A DNA stretch of 64,000 nucleotides from an uncultured Thermoplasmata archaeon (GTDB lineage: Archaea; Thermoplasmatota; Thermoplasmata; RBG-16-68-12), in NCBI GenBank assembly GCA_963768855.1, contig CAVYJM010000006.1:960001-1024000 (forward strand), in the 5' to 3' direction. Positions 40,760 to 51,036 of the stretch are shown one piece after another (position 1 is the stretch's first letter; every line of letters starts with the position of its first letter). The notes beneath the pieces are model-generated. The model had not been told where the DNA came from. It worked only from the letters and a program-made list of their open reading frames with translations, and did no database searches. A program made the translations under genes and the position numbers.

Positions 40760-40816
40760 GTCTCGCGGGTCGGAACCATCTTATATGGACCCGTGCTTCA
40801 AAGTCGTCGACGGGCC

Positions 40817-42499
40817 ATGGCGGACTCGGACGACCTTCAGGAACTCGAGGCTCGCCTCCGGAAGTGGGAGGCGACCACCCTCAAGGAAGCGCTCAAGGCG
40901 CTCCCCGAGCGCCGCAAGGAGTTCCTCACCACCTCGAGCCGCCCGGTGCGGCGTCTGTACACCCCGCTGGATCTTCGCGGGAGGCCGCCGGCGGAGCGGC
41001 TGGGGCAGCCGGGCGAGTTCCCTTTCACGCGCGGCATCCATCCGACCATGTATCGGGGCCGGCTCTGGACGATGCGGATGTTCGCGGGGTACGGCAGCGC
41101 GGACGACACGAACCGCCGGTTCAAGTACCTCATCTCCCACGGCGAGACCGGGCTGAGCGTGGCGTTCGACATGCCCACCCTCTACGGTTACGACACGGAC
41201 GCGCCCGAGGCGAAGGGCGAGTTCGGGACGTGCGGCGTCGCCGTGTCCTCGCTCGACGACATGCAGATCCTGTTCCGGGACATCGACGTCGGCGAAATCA
41301 GCACCTCGATGACGATCAACGCGCCCGCGGACGTCACCTGGGCCATGTACCTCGGGATGGCGGAGAGCCGCGGCGTGCCGCTCACGAAGCTGCGCGGCAC
41401 GATCCAGAACGACATCCTCAAGGAGTACGAGGCCCAGAAGGAGTGGATCTTCCCGCCCGAGCCATCCATGCGCCTCGTCGTCGACACGTTCGAGTTCGGC
41501 GTGAAGCAGGTGCCGCAGTGGAACACGATCTCCATCAGCGGCTACCATATCCGGGAGGCCGGCGCGACCGCGGGCCAGGAACTCGCCTTCACCCTGGCGA
41601 ACGGCATGGAGTACGTTCGGTGGGGGATCGACCGGGGCCTCAAAGTGGACTCCTTCGCGCCGCGTCTGAGTTTCTTCTTCAACGCTCACAACGACCTCTT
41701 CGAGGAGATCGCGAAATACCGCGCCGCGCGGCGGATCTGGGCGCGGGAGATGCGGGACACGTTCGGCGCGAAGAGCCCGAGGTCCTGGCTCCTCCGTACC
41801 CATGCGCAGACCGCCGGCGTCTCGCTGACGGCCCAGCAGCCAGAGGTAAACATCGTCCGCACGACGATCCAGGCGCTCGCGGCCGTCCTCGGGGGCGCAC
41901 AGTCCCTTCACACGAACAGCTACGACGAGGCCTACCAGGTCCCGAACGAGAAGGCCGTCCGGATCGCCCTGCGCACTCAGCAGATCCTGGCCCACGAAAG
42001 CGGCATCGCGAACACGGTGGACCCGCTCGGCGGCTCCTATTACCTGGAGGACCTGACGGACGAGCTCGAGGAGGACGCCTACCGCTACTTCGATCGGATC
42101 CAGGAACTGGGCGGCGTCATCGCGTCGATCCGGAAGGGGTTCATCCAGCAGGAGATTGCGAACTCGGCGTACCGCTACCAGCGCGAGATCGAAGACAAGG
42201 AGCGCATCATCGTCGGCGTCAACGACTTCGTCGTCGACGAGCAGCCCGAGGTGGAGCCGCTGCGGGTCTCCGCCGCGTCCCTCCGCGGCCAGCTGGACCA
42301 CCTCAAGCGGATCCGCGCGAACCGCGACCGGAAGAAGTGGCAGCGTTCGCTGGACGGCCTCCGGAAGGCCTGCGAGGACGAGGATGCGAACACAATGCCG
42401 CACATCCTCGACGCGGTGCGCTCGCGGGCCACCCTGGGCGAGATCTGCGACGTGATGCGAGAGGCCTTCGGCGTCTGGGAGGAACCGCTTCTCTATTGA
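40817..42499 (+). CDS. icmA: B12-dependent acyl-CoA mutase large subunit with isobutyryl-CoA mutase signature
   Basis: FPFTRG...WTMRMFAG (Phe); [16 protein letters not shown] (Gln); [11 protein letters not shown]; HTNSYDEA. Confidence 0.8.
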   Translation: MADSDDLQELEARLRKWEATTLKEALKALPERRKEFLTTSSRPVRRLYTPLDLRGRPPAERLGQPGEFPFTRGIHPTMYRGRLWTMRMFAGYGSADDTNRRFKYLISHGETGLSVAFDMPTLYGYDTDAPEAKGEFGTCGVAVSSLDDMQILFRDIDVGEISTSMTINAPADVTWAMYLGMAESRGVPLTKLRGTIQNDILKEYEAQKEWIFPPEPSMRLVVDTFEFGVKQVPQWNTISISGYHIREAGATAGQELAFTLANGMEYVRWGIDRGLKVDSFAPRLSFFFNAHNDLFEEIAKYRAARRIWAREMRDTFGAKSPRSWLLRTHAQTAGVSLTAQQPEVNIVRTTIQALAAVLGGAQSLHTNSYDEAYQVPNEKAVRIALRTQQILAHESGIANTVDPLGGSYYLEDLTDELEEDAYRYFDRIQELGGVIASIRKGFIQQEIANSAYRYQREIEDKERIIVGVNDFVVDEQPEVEPLRVSAASLRGQLDHLKRIRANRDRKKWQRSLDGLRKACEDEDANTMPHILDAVRSRATLGEICDVMREAFGVWEEPLLY

Positions 42500-42509
42500 G
42501 GTGCTCGGC

Positions 42510-42914
42510 ATGGCGAAGAAGATCCGCGTTCTCATGGCGAAACCGGGGCTCGACGGGCACGACCGAGGCGTGAAGGTCATCGCCCGCGCGCTCCGCGACG
42601 CCGGCATGGAGGTCATCTACACGGGGCTACGGCAGACCCCCGAGGACATCGTCGAAGCGGCGATCCAGGAAGACGTCGACGCAATCGGACTGTCGTGCCT
42701 GAGCGGCGCCCACATGGTCCTCTTCCCCGAGGTCGTTTCGCTGCTGAAGAAGCGGAAGGCCGGCGACATCGTCGTCGCGGGCGGCGGGATCATCCCGGAG
42801 GAAGACATCCCCAAGCTGAAGAAGGCGGGCGTCCGGGTTGTGTTCGGTCCCGGCACGCCCTTGAAGGAGATCGTCGCGTTCTTCGAGAAGGCCGGCGCGG
42901 CGAAGGGTGCGTGA
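42510..42914 (+). CDS. icmB: Cobalamin-binding small subunit of acyl-CoA mutase
   Basis: [27 protein letters not shown] (DxHxxG); SCLSGAH; GGIIP. Confidence 0.9.
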   Translation: MAKKIRVLMAKPGLDGHDRGVKVIARALRDAGMEVIYTGLRQTPEDIVEAAIQEDVDAIGLSCLSGAHMVLFPEVVSLLKKRKAGDIVVAGGGIIPEEDIPKLKKAGVRVVFGPGTPLKEIVAFFEKAGAAKGA

Positions 42915-43920
42915 CCCCGTGCCTTCGCGGGCCCCCGCGGCCTCGAAGGCGGTCCGGGGCCTCGTGGACGAGCTCCTGGCGGGCGACAAGCGGGCCGCCG
43001 CGAAACTCATTTCGCTGATTGAAGACGACGAACCGGAGGCCTCGGCCGCGCTCGCCCTCATCTACCCTCACACCGGACGCGCGCACTACGTCGGGTTCAC
43101 GGGCGCCCCCGGGGTCGGCAAGAGTTCCCTCATCGATCGACTCGTCCGCGAGTTCCGGGCCCGGGGCCGCAAGGTCGGCGTCGTCGCCGTGGATCCGACG
43201 TCTCCGTATTCCGGCGGCGCCGTCCTCGGGGACCGCATCCGGATGGCGGACACGGGCATTGATCCGGGCGTCTTCATCCGGTCCATGGCGACGCGCGGCC
43301 ATGCGGGTGGGCTCGCCCTGGCCACGTTCGACGCCGTGCGGGTGCTCGACGCGATGGGCATGGACCTCGTCCTCGTGGAGACCGTGGGCGCGGGGCAGAG
43401 CGAGGTGGAGATCGCGAGCCGCGCCCACACCACGGTCGTGGTCGAGATGCCCCTGACCGGGGACGCCGTCCAGACGATGAAGGCCGGAATCTTGGAGATT
43501 GGCGACATCTACGTCGTGAACAAGTCCGACCTCGCGGACACGAGCACGCTCGTCGCGAACCTGCGCTTCCAGATCGAGGAACGCGACGGCTGGCGGCCGC
43601 CGATTGTGTCCACCTCGGCCCTCAAGGACGGGTGCGTCGACGAGCTGGCGGACGCGATTACGAAGCATCGCTCGTTCCTCGACTCGTCGGGCATGTGGGA
43701 ACGGCGTGAGCTCCAGCGGGCCCGCCAGGAGATCCTGGAGAACGCGCGCCGCCTCCTTGCGACGCGAGTCCGCGCGGGTCCGGAAGGTTCCGATTTCGAA
43801 CTGCTTACCGAGGCGGTGATCGCTCGCCGGATGGACCCACAGTCTGCGGCAGTTCGCCTGTTGCGGTCGGAGGCATCCGGCCCACGCTCCGCACCCCGAC
43901 GGGCCCGTTCGTCCCCTTAG
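42907..43920 (+). CDS. meaB: MeaB/ArgK G-protein chaperone for the B12 mutase
   Basis: [12 protein letters not shown]; [19 protein letters not shown]; ETVGAGQSE; VVNKSD. Confidence 0.92.
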   Translation: MRDPVPSRAPAASKAVRGLVDELLAGDKRAAAKLISLIEDDEPEASAALALIYPHTGRAHYVGFTGAPGVGKSSLIDRLVREFRARGRKVGVVAVDPTSPYSGGAVLGDRIRMADTGIDPGVFIRSMATRGHAGGLALATFDAVRVLDAMGMDLVLVETVGAGQSEVEIASRAHTTVVVEMPLTGDAVQTMKAGILEIGDIYVVNKSDLADTSTLVANLRFQIEERDGWRPPIVSTSALKDGCVDELADAITKHRSFLDSSGMWERRELQRARQEILENARRLLATRVRAGPEGSDFELLTEAVIARRMDPQSAAVRLLRSEASGPRSAPRRARSSP

Positions 43921-43929
43921 GCGGTTGAT

Positions 43930-44358
43930 TCAGCCGGCCGGGGGCGCTTCGTATTCGATCCCCAGGCCGTACTGATGTGCCCCGCAGTCCGGGAGGGTGG
44001 TTGCGAGTTGCCCCGGGACCCTTGCATGACCCGGAACAGAGTACACCTGCCAGCTGACCGATTGGTCGTCCACCAGGAGCTGGACTCGGACCGTCCCGTC
44101 GACCGGCCCGCGATTGAAGAGCCGGAAGTTCACGGTGACATTCTGGGTTGCTCCCGCCGTGGCGCAGCCGGATATCTGGAAGATCGCATCATGGACGATG
44201 ATGTCGGGACGGGGCGTGAAGGTGAAGACCGCCCATACCAGGAGCGCCGCCACCACGGCCATCGTCACGATTCCGACCTTCTGGCGCGCCTTGACGTAGG
44301 CGGCCGTCGCTGCGGCCGAGTCGCGCGGAGGCAAGCTGCCCGGCGCCCGGGTGTCCAT
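43930..44358 (-). CDS. Membrane-anchored protein with Ig/CARDB-like domain
   Basis: One TM helix, then a beta-rich domain 'VNFRLFNRGPVDG' with two Cys. Confidence 0.6.
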   Translation of the reverse strand: MDTRAPGSLPPRDSAAATAAYVKARQKVGIVTMAVVAALLVWAVFTFTPRPDIIVHDAIFQISGCATAGATQNVTVNFRLFNRGPVDGTVRVQLLVDDQSVSWQVYSVPGHARVPGQLATTLPDCGAHQYGLGIEYEAPPAG

Positions 44359-44465
44359 GGAGCATCCCCGGTCCTGCATCCGTTGACAACTCGTTAAGTC
44401 TTGCGCGCACAGCCCGCGTCGGCGGGCTCGGGTATTATAAGGTCCCGCGATTTCGCCGGGGGGAG

Positions 44466-45635
44466 ATGTCGGCCCCGCAGCGCCCCTTTCGACCGATGGC
44501 CTTCCTCCTGGCGACCTGGGCGGTGACCGTCTGCAGCAACGCCTTCTACATCGCCCCCGCGCCGATCGTCGAGGACATGCGGGCGTCCCTCGGAATCACG
44601 TACGCCCAGGCGGGCGCCCTGATCTCCGTCTACCTGGTCGCGATCCTGCTGTTCCAGCTCCCCGCGGGCTACGTCATCGACCGCCGCGATCCGCGCTCCC
44701 TCATCGTGGCCTCGACCCTGGCGGTGCTGGGGCTGAGCATCCTGATCTACGCTGTCCCGCGGTACGACGTGATGCTCCCCCTGCGGTTCCTCGCCGGCAT
44801 CCCCGTCGCCTTCATCTTCGTGCCCTCGGCGTTCCTCGTGTCCCGCGCGTTCTCCCAGACCCCCGGCCGGGCCGTCGGTCTCTTCCTGAGCGGCCCGCCC
44901 GCCGGGACGGCCATCGGGAGCCTCCTGGGGCCCGTGATCGCCCAGACATTCGGGTGGCCGGCCGTGTACGTCGCCTTCACGCTGCCCTGGCTCGTCCTCC
45001 TGCCCACCTTCGTCTATTTCGCGCGCGGGATGCCGATGCCGAAGGCCGAACCCTTCACCACGGCCGACTACCTCGCGGCGTTCCGCAAGCTCGAGCTGTG
45101 GAAGGTCGGGGCGGTCTTCGCCTGCAGCTATGCGGCCTACATCTTCTACGTGGGCTGGTCCCCCACGTACCTCGAGCGCAACGGAGTGACGTCGGCGGTC
45201 GTCCTTGGGATCCTCTCCGCTGCCATCCCCGCGGCCGGGATCCTGTCACGACCCATCGGCGGTTTCCTCGGGGAGAAGACGTTCGCGGCGGACAAGCGCC
45301 GCGTCCCGATGATCGCGTTCGCGATCCTGGTCGTCTCGAGCCTCGCCGTCCCGGTCCTGGGCCTCGGGTCGATCCCGCTCCTGATCGCGGGCGGGTTCCT
45401 GGCCCAGTTCCCGTTCAGCGTATACTACGTCCTGTCCGCACAGATCATGCCGCCCCGGTTCACCGGCTCGGCGTATGCGTTCATGAACACGATCAGCCTC
45501 ATCGGAGGGGCGATTTCCCCCGGGCTCGCCGGCTTCCTCCTCGACCTCACCGGGTCCTTCCTCGCGTCGTTCGTCATGATCGCGGCGTCCGCGATGGTGG
45601 GGCTCGGACTCATCCTTGTCACGCGGGAGCGATGA
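44466..45635 (+). CDS. MFS transporter
   Basis: About 12 TM helices; 'GYVIDRRDPR' motif A; 'SRPIGGFLGEK'. Confidence 0.9.
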   Translation: MSAPQRPFRPMAFLLATWAVTVCSNAFYIAPAPIVEDMRASLGITYAQAGALISVYLVAILLFQLPAGYVIDRRDPRSLIVASTLAVLGLSILIYAVPRYDVMLPLRFLAGIPVAFIFVPSAFLVSRAFSQTPGRAVGLFLSGPPAGTAIGSLLGPVIAQTFGWPAVYVAFTLPWLVLLPTFVYFARGMPMPKAEPFTTADYLAAFRKLELWKVGAVFACSYAAYIFYVGWSPTYLERNGVTSAVVLGILSAAIPAAGILSRPIGGFLGEKTFAADKRRVPMIAFAILVVSSLAVPVLGLGSIPLLIAGGFLAQFPFSVYYVLSAQIMPPRFTGSAYAFMNTISLIGGAISPGLAGFLLDLTGSFLASFVMIAASAMVGLGLILVTRER

Positions 45636-45637
45636 AA

Positions 45638-45712
45638 CGCGCGGGGCGGGATTTGAACCCGCGGCTTGCGGCTTAGGAGGCCGCTGCCCTATCCAATCTA
45701 GGCCACCCGCGC
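45638..45712 (-). tRNA. tRNA-Arg(CCU), no intron, CCA not encoded
   Basis: Reverse complement GCGCGGG-TGGCCTAGATTGGATAGGGCA-GCGGC-CTCCTAA-GCCGC-AAGCC-GCGGG-TTCAAAT-CCCGC-CCCGCGC-G; anticodon CCT. Confidence 0.95.
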
Positions 45713-45877
45713 TCCGTGGGACGGAACGATGGGCGGTCGATAAGCCTTGTCCTGAGGACCGGGGTCATCGGAGGGCTCGTGGCGAGGGGATGACCCGTTG
45801 GCCGGACGGCCGAATCTCTGGAGACAGAGCCCCAGGGAGAATAAAAGGGGAAGGGAGCGTTCAGCAGCGCGGCCGGT

Positions 45878-46255
45878 TTACCGGCTGGCGCTGAGGCTCC
45901 ACAGGCTGCCCGCGAGCAGCAGAAGGCCGAGCAAGAGCCCAGCCGTTCCGCTCACGAGCACGACCATCGCCAGACCGGAGATCATCGCGACGATCGCTCC
46001 GTTCTGGACGTTCTGCTTCGACACCGCGTAGCCGATCAAGCCGACGATCCCGAACAGGACGAGGAACGTCTCTGCCGGAGAGACCGCGACGATTGCACCG
46101 GCCCTCGCAACGTCGAAGGCATAGGTCAGCACGCCAACGAGGATCGCGAGCACGCCGGCCAGGACCTCCGGAATGAGGTAGGTAGGCATGCGCGTGAGTT
46201 CACGCCACGAGTGCGTGAGTCCCGTCGCCGTGGACCCGGTTTGGGTCGCTTCCAT
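45878..46255 (-). CDS. Small four-TM hypothetical protein
   Basis: Hydrophobic ORF with a GGAGGTGA SD upstream of the ATG at 46255. Confidence 0.7.
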   Translation of the reverse strand: MEATQTGSTATGLTHSWRELTRMPTYLIPEVLAGVLAILVGVLTYAFDVARAGAIVAVSPAETFLVLFGIVGLIGYAVSKQNVQNGAIVAMISGLAMVVLVSGTAGLLLGLLLLAGSLWSLSASR

Positions 46256-46472
46256 GTGTGGGTTCACCTCCCGTCCCCCCGCCTCCGTCTAGGGCCATGT
46301 CCTTTCTTGGACGGTTCTCGAACGGAGCTTGAACTTCTCGTCGTTTCCAAGGTGACAGAAGGGTTAAATGTTCGCGGGATGGGGCCAAACGACGCACTCG
46401 AGTGTCCACGCATGTGGATTCATGTGCATGGGTGCGCCTCCAAGACGACCAGGTTCGGGGCACGAGAGCGGC

Positions 46473-47351
46473 TCAGAGTTCCTCGGGGGCTTTTTCCTCC
46501 GGGGGCAGCTCCTCTTCGGACCGCTTCGGCTCCGCGGGCTTCTTCGGCTGCCGTGCCTTCTTGGGCGCCGGCTTGGGCTTCGGGGCCTCCGCCTTCGCGT
46601 CGTCCGCCTTGGCCTCGGCGGGCTTCTCCTCGCCCTTCTCTTCCTTCGGGGCCTCGGCCTTCTTCTCGTACTCCTCGACGAACCGCATCACGTGCAGATC
46701 GGTGAGTTCACGGAGGTCCGCGACGACTCGGAACTTGGAGACGAACCACTTCTCGTCCGTCTTGCACAGGTCCGGGATCTGGACCTCGAGGACGTCATCC
46801 TTGAGCTGGAGTTTGAACTGCTCCGCGAGCCCGTAGTCCATATCGAGGATCGCGCGGATGCGGTCCTCCGGGGTCGTGGCCTTCTTCGTGATCTTGAACA
46901 CGTACTTGACCGTCTTGCCCGCGAGGGGGTTGTTGAAGTCGATCCGGACGCGCCCGGCCGCGACGGACGTGATCGTCCCTCTTCGCCCGCCGATGGAGAC
47001 TTCCAGCCCGAGCTCCGGCTCGATCTCCTGCCGCAGGAACTCGCGCTCCGTCTTGAGCTCGACGAGCCGCGCGTCCCGCGCGCCGGCCGCCTTGTCGGAG
47101 GGGATCGTGACCTCCTTGGACTCGCCGACCTTGGAGCCCAGGATGGCGTCCTCGAGGCCGAGGAACAGGCGGCCCTTCCCGACGATGACGGGCTGCTCTG
47201 CGTAGACCTTCTTCTCCTCGAACTTGTTCTCCTTCTTCGCGACCTCCTCATGGGTCGTGTCGAAGAGGGTCTGGGTGCTGTTGGGGTTCACCGTGTAGGC
47301 GTCGTACTCGAGCCAGACGATGTCTCCCTTCTCAACCGTGTCAGGGGCCAC
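46473..47351 (-). CDS. Long-type archaeal FKBP peptidyl-prolyl isomerase (SlyD-like)
   Basis: KGDIVWLEY...LFDTT; GLEDAILG; IDFNNPLAGKTV; charged C-terminal tail. Confidence 0.9.
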   Translation of the reverse strand: MAPDTVEKGDIVWLEYDAYTVNPNSTQTLFDTTHEEVAKKENKFEEKKVYAEQPVIVGKGRLFLGLEDAILGSKVGESKEVTIPSDKAAGARDARLVELKTEREFLRQEIEPELGLEVSIGGRRGTITSVAAGRVRIDFNNPLAGKTVKYVFKITKKATTPEDRIRAILDMDYGLAEQFKLQLKDDVLEVQIPDLCKTDEKWFVSKFRVVADLRELTDLHVMRFVEEYEKKAEAPKEEKGEEKPAEAKADDAKAEAPKPKPAPKKARQPKKPAEPKRSEEELPPEEKAPEEL

Positions 47352-47424
47352 GCGCTCACCGTTCGGGGAATCTTCGGAAGGGACGCCTTCGCTTAAAGGT
47401 TGCGGCATGCACGACCGCGGCGGC

Positions 47425-48339
47425 TCACTTGTTCATTCCGATGGCGACGGAGATCCGCTTGTACCGGTTCCGGATCGTGACCTCGGTCACGCCTGCGACC
47501 TCCGCGACCTCCTTCTGGGTGCACGGCTTGTTGCAGAGGATGGCCGAGATGTAGATCGTCGCAGCGGCCACGCCGCTCGGCGCCACGCCGGACGCGAGCT
47601 CGTCCTTCTCGACCTTGTCCAGGATCTCTTTCGCCTTCCGCTGGACCTCCATGTCCAAGTCCAGGCGGTTGCAGAAGCGTGCGATGTAGTCCCGCGGGCT
47701 CTGCGGCAGGAGCCGGAGCCCGAGTTCCCGCACCAGGGTGCGGTACGTGCGACCGATCGACTTGCGGTCGACGCTCGACTTGCCCGCGATCTCGTCCAGC
47801 GTCCGAGGCACGCCGCACTGGCGGCACGAGGCGTAGAGGGTCGCGGCGACGACCTCGTCGATGGACCGCCCTCGTACGAGGTTCTTGGTCGACGCCTTGC
47901 GGTACAGGACCGCGGCGCTCTCGCGCACGTGGCGCGGCAACCCCATCTTGGAGGCCATCGTGTTGATCTCGGTCAGGCCCTGGGCCAGCGATCGCTCGCC
48001 GCTCTTCGATGTGCGGATTCGGTGCTGCCACTTCCTCAGGCGGTAGATCTGCGCGCGGCTCTTGTGGGGGATCTGGCGGCCATAGGCGTCCTTGTTCCTC
48101 CAGCCGATCGAGGTCGAGAGGCCCTTGTCGTGGGCCATGATCGTGCTCGGGGGCCCGGCCCGCTCGCGGGACTCCCGCTGCTCGGAATCGAAGGCCCGCC
48201 ACTCCGGACCCTCGTCGATGATCATGTCGTCGAGGACGAGACCGCAGTCCTCGCACACGATTTCCGCGCGTGTGTAGTCCCTGACCAGATGGTCGCCCCG
48301 GCACTCAGGGCACTGGGTCGTAACCTCAACTTCACGCAT
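47425..48339 (-). CDS. tfb: Transcription initiation factor IIB
   Basis: Zn ribbon CPEC..CEDCG; [10 protein letters not shown]; two cyclin folds; C-terminal '[20 protein letters not shown]'. Confidence 0.97.
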   Translation of the reverse strand: MREVEVTTQCPECRGDHLVRDYTRAEIVCEDCGLVLDDMIIDEGPEWRAFDSEQRESRERAGPPSTIMAHDKGLSTSIGWRNKDAYGRQIPHKSRAQIYRLRKWQHRIRTSKSGERSLAQGLTEINTMASKMGLPRHVRESAAVLYRKASTKNLVRGRSIDEVVAATLYASCRQCGVPRTLDEIAGKSSVDRKSIGRTYRTLVRELGLRLLPQSPRDYIARFCNRLDLDMEVQRKAKEILDKVEKDELASGVAPSGVAAATIYISAILCNKPCTQKEVAEVAGVTEVTIRNRYKRISVAIGMNK

Positions 48340-48477
48340 CGTATCAGGTCCTCCCCCGACCTCAAGAATGCGCTCCCAACGAAGCAGGGTCTATATAGGT
48401 CTTTCTGCGAATCGTCATCCTTACGTCGCAATCCGCCGAGAACCTGCGAAAACGTACACGTTACCGGGTGCTTACCA

Positions 48478-49215
48478 TTACGCCCGCATCTCGAGGAACT
48501 CGCCGTTCCGGAGCATGCGCCAGCGGCCCGGAAGGGCGGGCAGGACCTCGGAGCAGACGACCTTCAGGTCCTCCGCGCTCGTCTCGTGGAGGGTGTAGTA
48601 CGGCACGCACGTGCGCGCGTCCCGGTGCGCGATGAGGCGGTCGCCCTCGATCATGAGGAACGTGTAGGACTCGACCTTCCGCGGGTACTCTGCGTCGAGG
48701 GACTCCTTCGCCTTCGCGACGGCCTGCTTGACCTCGGCGAGCGGGCGGATCTCCGCGCCGAATCCCTCCAGGAATCGATCGAAGATGATCTGGCTGTCGA
48801 TCTTCCCGTCCTTCAGGTGGAACCCGTCGATCTCCCCGTTGTGCGCGAAGAAGATCGCGTGGTGGTCCGCCTCGCGGCGGAACGGGTGGCAGTACTGCTC
48901 CTGGACCGTGTCCTTGAACGATGCCCAGCGCACGTGGGCGAGGAGGAGGAGCGGCGGGCTGCAGGTGCGTCCGAGACGCCGCACCGCGTCCTCGTACTTC
49001 GGGTCCGTGCTCGCCTTCGCCGCGCTGCGCGCGTAGAACTCGCCCTCGGCACCGACGCATGCGATCCCCCAGCCGTCCGGATGGCCCGTCTTCGGGTTCG
49101 GCTCCGGACACCCGAAGTCCCGGAACCCCTTTCCCGTGTCCGCGAGCTGCCGGAAGGACATCAGGATCTCTGCAGGGATCGGCTTCCGGCTTAGGACGGC
49201 GAGGAGTCGGCACAT
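48478..49215 (-). CDS. Class II glutamine amidotransferase-like (Ntn) protein, YafJ/EgtC type
   Basis: N-terminal MCRLL; HPDGWG; LAHVR; CHPF; FAHNG; DSQ. Confidence 0.85.
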   Translation of the reverse strand: MCRLLAVLSRKPIPAEILMSFRQLADTGKGFRDFGCPEPNPKTGHPDGWGIACVGAEGEFYARSAAKASTDPKYEDAVRRLGRTCSPPLLLLAHVRWASFKDTVQEQYCHPFRREADHHAIFFAHNGEIDGFHLKDGKIDSQIIFDRFLEGFGAEIRPLAEVKQAVAKAKESLDAEYPRKVESYTFLMIEGDRLIAHRDARTCVPYYTLHETSAEDLKVVCSEVLPALPGRWRMLRNGEFLEMRA

Positions 49216-49216
49216 G

Positions 49217-49708
49217 TCAGCCCAACTTGTAGCCGATCTTCCGGAGGAAGTCCATCCGTTCCTTCCGGTCCTCCGCCCCCTCGATCCCGCGCGATCGCTC
49301 TCCGTCGATCACGCCGAGCACGCCCCGCCCGCGCGCGCCGATCGCCACGATGACGTCCACGGCGTTCGAGGTTGCGGCGTACAGGTTCACGACCTCGGGC
49401 ACCTCTCGGATCGCCCGGAGCAGGTTGAGCGGGTAGGCCTCCTTGACGAAGACGATGAAGAAGTGGCCCGCCCCGACCGCGAGGGCGTTCCGGGAGGCGA
49501 GGGCCTTGAGTGCATCATCGTTCCCCTCGACGCGCACGAGGCAGGGTCCGGACGCCTCGCAGAACGCCACGCCGAACTTGATCCCGGGCACCGCGTTCAC
49601 GAGGGCCTCGTGGACGTCCTCCGCGGTCTTGATAAAGTGGGTCTGGCCCAGGATAACGTTCAGGCCGTCCGGGTTCTCGATCGGGACGAGCTCCGTCTCC
49701 ACGGCCAT
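49217..49708 (-). CDS. DUF355 (adenosine-specific kinase family) protein
   Basis: NVILGQTHFIKTAED; FG.AFCEASGPCLVR; RGVLGVIDG; FLRKIGYK. Confidence 0.85.
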   Translation of the reverse strand: MAVETELVPIENPDGLNVILGQTHFIKTAEDVHEALVNAVPGIKFGVAFCEASGPCLVRVEGNDDALKALASRNALAVGAGHFFIVFVKEAYPLNLLRAIREVPEVVNLYAATSNAVDVIVAIGARGRGVLGVIDGERSRGIEGAEDRKERMDFLRKIGYKLG

Positions 49709-49953
49709 CGGGGGCTGTATCTCGCGGGGGCGATAAAGTCCTTGCCGAGGAGTGAGGGCAGCCAGAGCAGGAGGGCGATGACCGAGGCGAGGAGCGACAG
49801 AAAGCCCACGAGCAGGAGCCAGTCCCGCCAGGCCGGCGCCCATCCCTTCCTCAGCCGCGCCTGATCGGGCCAGGGGCCGGGTCGTACGTCCGCCTTCAAG
49901 TCGACCATCATGCCCGCAAGGATGGGGCCGTTCCCAGGCGGGCGCACAGACAT
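49660..49953 (-). CDS. Small single-TM hypothetical protein (3' end overlaps the next gene)
   Basis: GGGGTGA SD before the ATG at 49953 and one clear TM helix. The C-terminus runs through the apparent TTTATC promoter of the DUF355 gene. Confidence 0.4.
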   Translation of the reverse strand: MSVRPPGNGPILAGMMVDLKADVRPGPWPDQARLRKGWAPAWRDWLLLVGFLSLLASVIALLLWLPSLLGKDFIAPARYSPRWPWRRSSSRSRTRTA

Positions 49954-50085
49954 GGAGTCACCCCGGGGCAGGGTAGCTCCCAGCAGGTCCTCGCATCTTC
50001 CTGGGGCATGCCCGTGGGATCGCGCGTGGACCTACGCTACATGCACGCGGCAAGCTGACGGGGAGGTATCGAACTTCCCGGACTC

Positions 50086-50400
50086 ATGTCCCGATTCCGC
50101 GGCCTGTGGTCCGTGCTCCTGGAGGTGGAGAGCCCCGACCTCCGCCAGGACCTCGCCCTGCTCGCGACCGCCCTCCAAGTGAGCTTCCCGGACCGCGGCG
50201 CCAAGGAGCGGTCCGTCGTCGAATACATGGCAATCCGCTTCCAATGGCCCGCCACGCGCACGCGGCGGCGGCTGCAATCCCTCGTCGATCTCGGCGTGCT
50301 GCGCTGCTCGCGGGACCTCGGCGACAACTGGACGAAGGTCTTCGAGGTCCTGGACCGGCCCCACGTGCCGCCCGCCCTGGCCGTCCAGATGGGCGCCTGA
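50086..50400 (+). CDS. Hypothetical protein, possible winged helix
   Basis: 'ATRTRRRLQSLVDLGVLRC' resembles a recognition helix plus wing. Confidence 0.5.
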   Translation: MSRFRGLWSVLLEVESPDLRQDLALLATALQVSFPDRGAKERSVVEYMAIRFQWPATRTRRRLQSLVDLGVLRCSRDLGDNWTKVFEVLDRPHVPPALAVQMGA

Positions 50401-50403
50401 TCG

Positions 50404-50970
50404 TCACGGTCCGGGGCGCGTGGTGGCCTTGCGCACCTTCTCGATGAACCCGCCCACGCGGAGCGGGCGCTGCGCAATCATGAAGAAGTCGGCGGCTCCG
50501 AGGGCGAAGAGTTCCGGCGGGAGGCGGGCGAAGGAGCGGTGGCGGACCGCGGCGATCTCCTGCCCCAGGTGCAGCTCGAACGGATGCCCGAGCGAGCGGC
50601 TGCTGCTCGCCAGCCTCCGGACGGCGCTGTTCGGACGGATGACCAGGTCCTCGTACAGCGCCGAATCGGTCGGTCTCACGAAGGCGTACGCGACCGCCTC
50701 GGGCGGCGCGCGGATGCCGAGGGCCTCGCCGGGCACGAGGGCGAACCCGTACGCGAACCCCGCCGAGGCGGCGCCCCGGGCCCGCGAGAACCGGTAGCCC
50801 ACGAAGCCCCGCGTGGCGATCTTCCGGCGGCGGTACTCCTCCATGGGCCAGCGTAGGGGGCGTTGGATGCGCTCGAAGGTCCCCCGGATCTCCGGCGAGA
50901 AGTCACGCCGCACGGTCGCGGCGAAGGCCACCGCCCCGATAAGCCCTCCGTCGCGGCCCCGGGCGGTCAA
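50404..50970 (-). CDS. Hypothetical protein
   Basis: Fills the gap convergent with the 50086 ORF; protein-like composition. Confidence 0.5.
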   Translation of the reverse strand: MTARGRDGGLIGAVAFAATVRRDFSPEIRGTFERIQRPLRWPMEEYRRRKIATRGFVGYRFSRARGAASAGFAYGFALVPGEALGIRAPPEAVAYAFVRPTDSALYEDLVIRPNSAVRRLASSSRSLGHPFELHLGQEIAAVRHRSFARLPPELFALGAADFFMIAQRPLRVGGFIEKVRKATTRPGP

Positions 50971-51036
50971 GCCGGATTGCGAGAACGCCTAAGTAGTCAC
51001 TCGCCTTGCCCAGCCCACCGGAGTCAGGGGCGAGTC

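Noticed and set aside
40660-42616. 637-aa (+) and 611-aa (-) ORFs overlapping the mutase
   Set aside because: Alternative-frame and antisense shadows of the clearly recognisable mutase gene.
45638-45712. tRNA-Arg as an integration site for a mobile element
   Set aside because: No duplicated tRNA 3' end, integrase or compositional shift was seen nearby.
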